Assembly: GCA_026995265.1 (NCBI GenBank)
Contig: JALWPC010000422.1
Location: 1-55,407, forward strand
From: Paracoccaceae bacterium
GTDB lineage: Bacteria > Pseudomonadota > Alphaproteobacteria > Rhodobacterales > Rhodobacteraceae
DNA: 55,407 bases
Direction of reading: 5' to 3'
Positions 54,526-55,407 of this stretch are shown one piece after another. Every line of letters starts with the position of its first letter. Positions within the stretch are counted from its first letter, which is position 1. The notes under the pieces were generated by a model. That model saw nothing but the letters and a program-made list of their open reading frames with translations. It searched no databases and was not told where the DNA came from. Both the position numbers and the translations under genes were made by a program.

Positions 54526-55407
54526 GATAACGAAGACGACCTCTGGTTCCTGCCGGGGCCGCCGATTGATGAAGCGCCAACGGACCCGCCGTGGCGGTTG
54601 GCCGAACGGCAGGCGATATTCTCCCCGCGCGATTGGCGGCGGGCGGAAGGCGCGCAGGGCCGGGGGTTGGCAGGGGCGGCGGCGGCGTTTGCGCGGCTGG
54701 ATACGCGGGCCGCAGGTCATTGCGGTGCAGGCTTTGCCAAGCGGTTGGCTTTTCAGGAGGCTTCGGCTTTGCTGTGGGCGCAGGGGGATTGGGTGCCGCC
54801 GGACAAGATCGCGCTTTACGGGTTGCTGCGGGAGTCCGCGCTGAAAGATGCGCGGGTGTTATCCCGCGCCGATTGGGCCACGCGGCGGATGCTGGGGGCA
54901 GGGCTGCCGGACGAGCTTGGCGGGTTTCTCGGGCGGCATCAGGTTGAATTTGACGGGTTTGCGGGAAAGGGGTGGCGGGCTGAAGCCCGCCCTACGCCCG
55001 TTGCACGGGCCATGGGTGAGGTATTCGGGGGCGTGGCCGAGGAGTGGCAGGCGGTGCGGGAAGCGCTGCGCGATTGCCACCCGATTACCCAAGCGGCGGC
55101 GCTGTTTGCGGCGTGGCGGGCTTACGGGCTGAGCGCGCCGAATGATGCGCTGGAGGCGGGCGTGGCGGCGGGGAAAATCGGCGGGGTCGAGGGGCGGAGC
55201 TTGCGGTTTTTGCCGGTGGCCACGGGCGGACCCATAGGGCAGGGCGGCACCCCCGCCGACCGGCTGGCGCGCTGGTATGCGGCGGTGGAAAACGCCTGCC
55301 TGAAGGCCGAAATGGAGCTGGACAGGCTGGAGGAGTGGCGAAGGAAAGCCGAAGCCGCCACCAAGGGGCTTTCGGGCAAAACACCGCCGCGATTGATAAA
55401 AGCCCTG
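54523..55407 (+). CDS. Hypothetical protein, 3-prime partial (open to the window edge); possibly a DUF1403-like recombinase-partner gene
   Basis: It is not in the ORF track because no stop is reached. My own translation gives 295 codons without a stop: MDNEDDLWFLPGPPIDEAPTDPPWRLAERQAIFSPRDWRRAEG...HPITQAAALFAAWRAYGL... Third-position GC is high, consistent with coding sequence. The family assignment is from memory only. Confidence 0.65.
   Translation, partial: MDNEDDLWFLPGPPIDEAPTDPPWRLAERQAIFSPRDWRRAEGAQGRGLAGAAAAFARLDTRAAGHCGAGFAKRLAFQEASALLWAQGDWVPPDKIALYGLLRESALKDARVLSRADWATRRMLGAGLPDELGGFLGRHQVEFDGFAGKGWRAEARPTPVARAMGEVFGGVAEEWQAVREALRDCHPITQAAALFAAWRAYGLSAPNDALEAGVAAGKIGGVEGRSLRFLPVATGGPIGQGGTPADRLARWYAAVENACLKAEMELDRLEEWRRKAEAATKGLSGKTPPRLIKAL

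Noticed and set aside
1-55407. tRNA, rRNA, transposase/IS elements and conjugation (relaxase/T4SS) genes.
   Set aside because: I found no cloverleaf-like conserved tRNA motifs, no rRNA-like stretches, no transposase-like ORFs with terminal inverted repeats, and no relaxase. The only recombinase is the tyrosine recombinase at 45971..46981.

Overview
GC-rich segment that looks like part of an alphaproteobacterial (Rhodobacterales-like; inference) plasmid or chromid, because it carries its own iteron-type replication and partition module. All calls rest on reading the ORF translations and the DNA by eye; no searches were run.

Content from left to right:
- The distal end of a type I-C-style CRISPR array (3 repeats, 1-191), butted against a short gene stub that is translationally coupled to fdhD.
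- A chemotaxis cluster: STAS-cheY-cheA-cheW-cheR-cheY, three MCPs and cheD, with no cheB.
- An IalB-like gene, a repeat-rich autotransporter of about 2060 aa, and a LuxR-family regulator.
- An uncharacterised seven-gene minus-strand operon (23595-31301): wHTH/TPR regulator, PAP2/haloperoxidase-like protein, signal-less S8 subtilase, lipoprotein, DUF1906-SH3-CHAP wall-hydrolase-like protein, an 88-aa membrane protein, and a 50-aa Cys peptide missing from the ORF track.
- A metabolic block: LysR regulator, methyltransferase, nitrilase, MBL-fold protein and a TRAP transporter.
- A decayed type II-C CRISPR-Cas remnant: an internally deleted cas9 fragment coupled to an intact cas2, flanked by a 17-nt inverted repeat that fits a tracrRNA anti-repeat paired with a solitary repeat.
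- A Rep_3-type initiator with 22-bp iterons, parAB with twin parS-like palindromes, a DUF4143 ATPase and a tyrosine recombinase.
- A 7.4-kb copper/respiration cassette: Met-rich peptide, OmpR/EnvZ-type two-component system, B-family-like heme-copper oxidase subunits II and I, a Met/Asp-repeat cupredoxin, heme O synthase and a 5-prime-truncated cytochrome c. It is bracketed by direct repeats of about 100 bp, of which 42 bp are identical.
- An open reading frame missing from the ORF track that runs off the right edge.

Best candidates for something undescribed:
- the 23.6-31.3 kb operon;
- the repeat-bracketed oxidase cassette next to the recombinase;
- a 26-nt identical AT-rich palindrome present twice, 30 kb apart.
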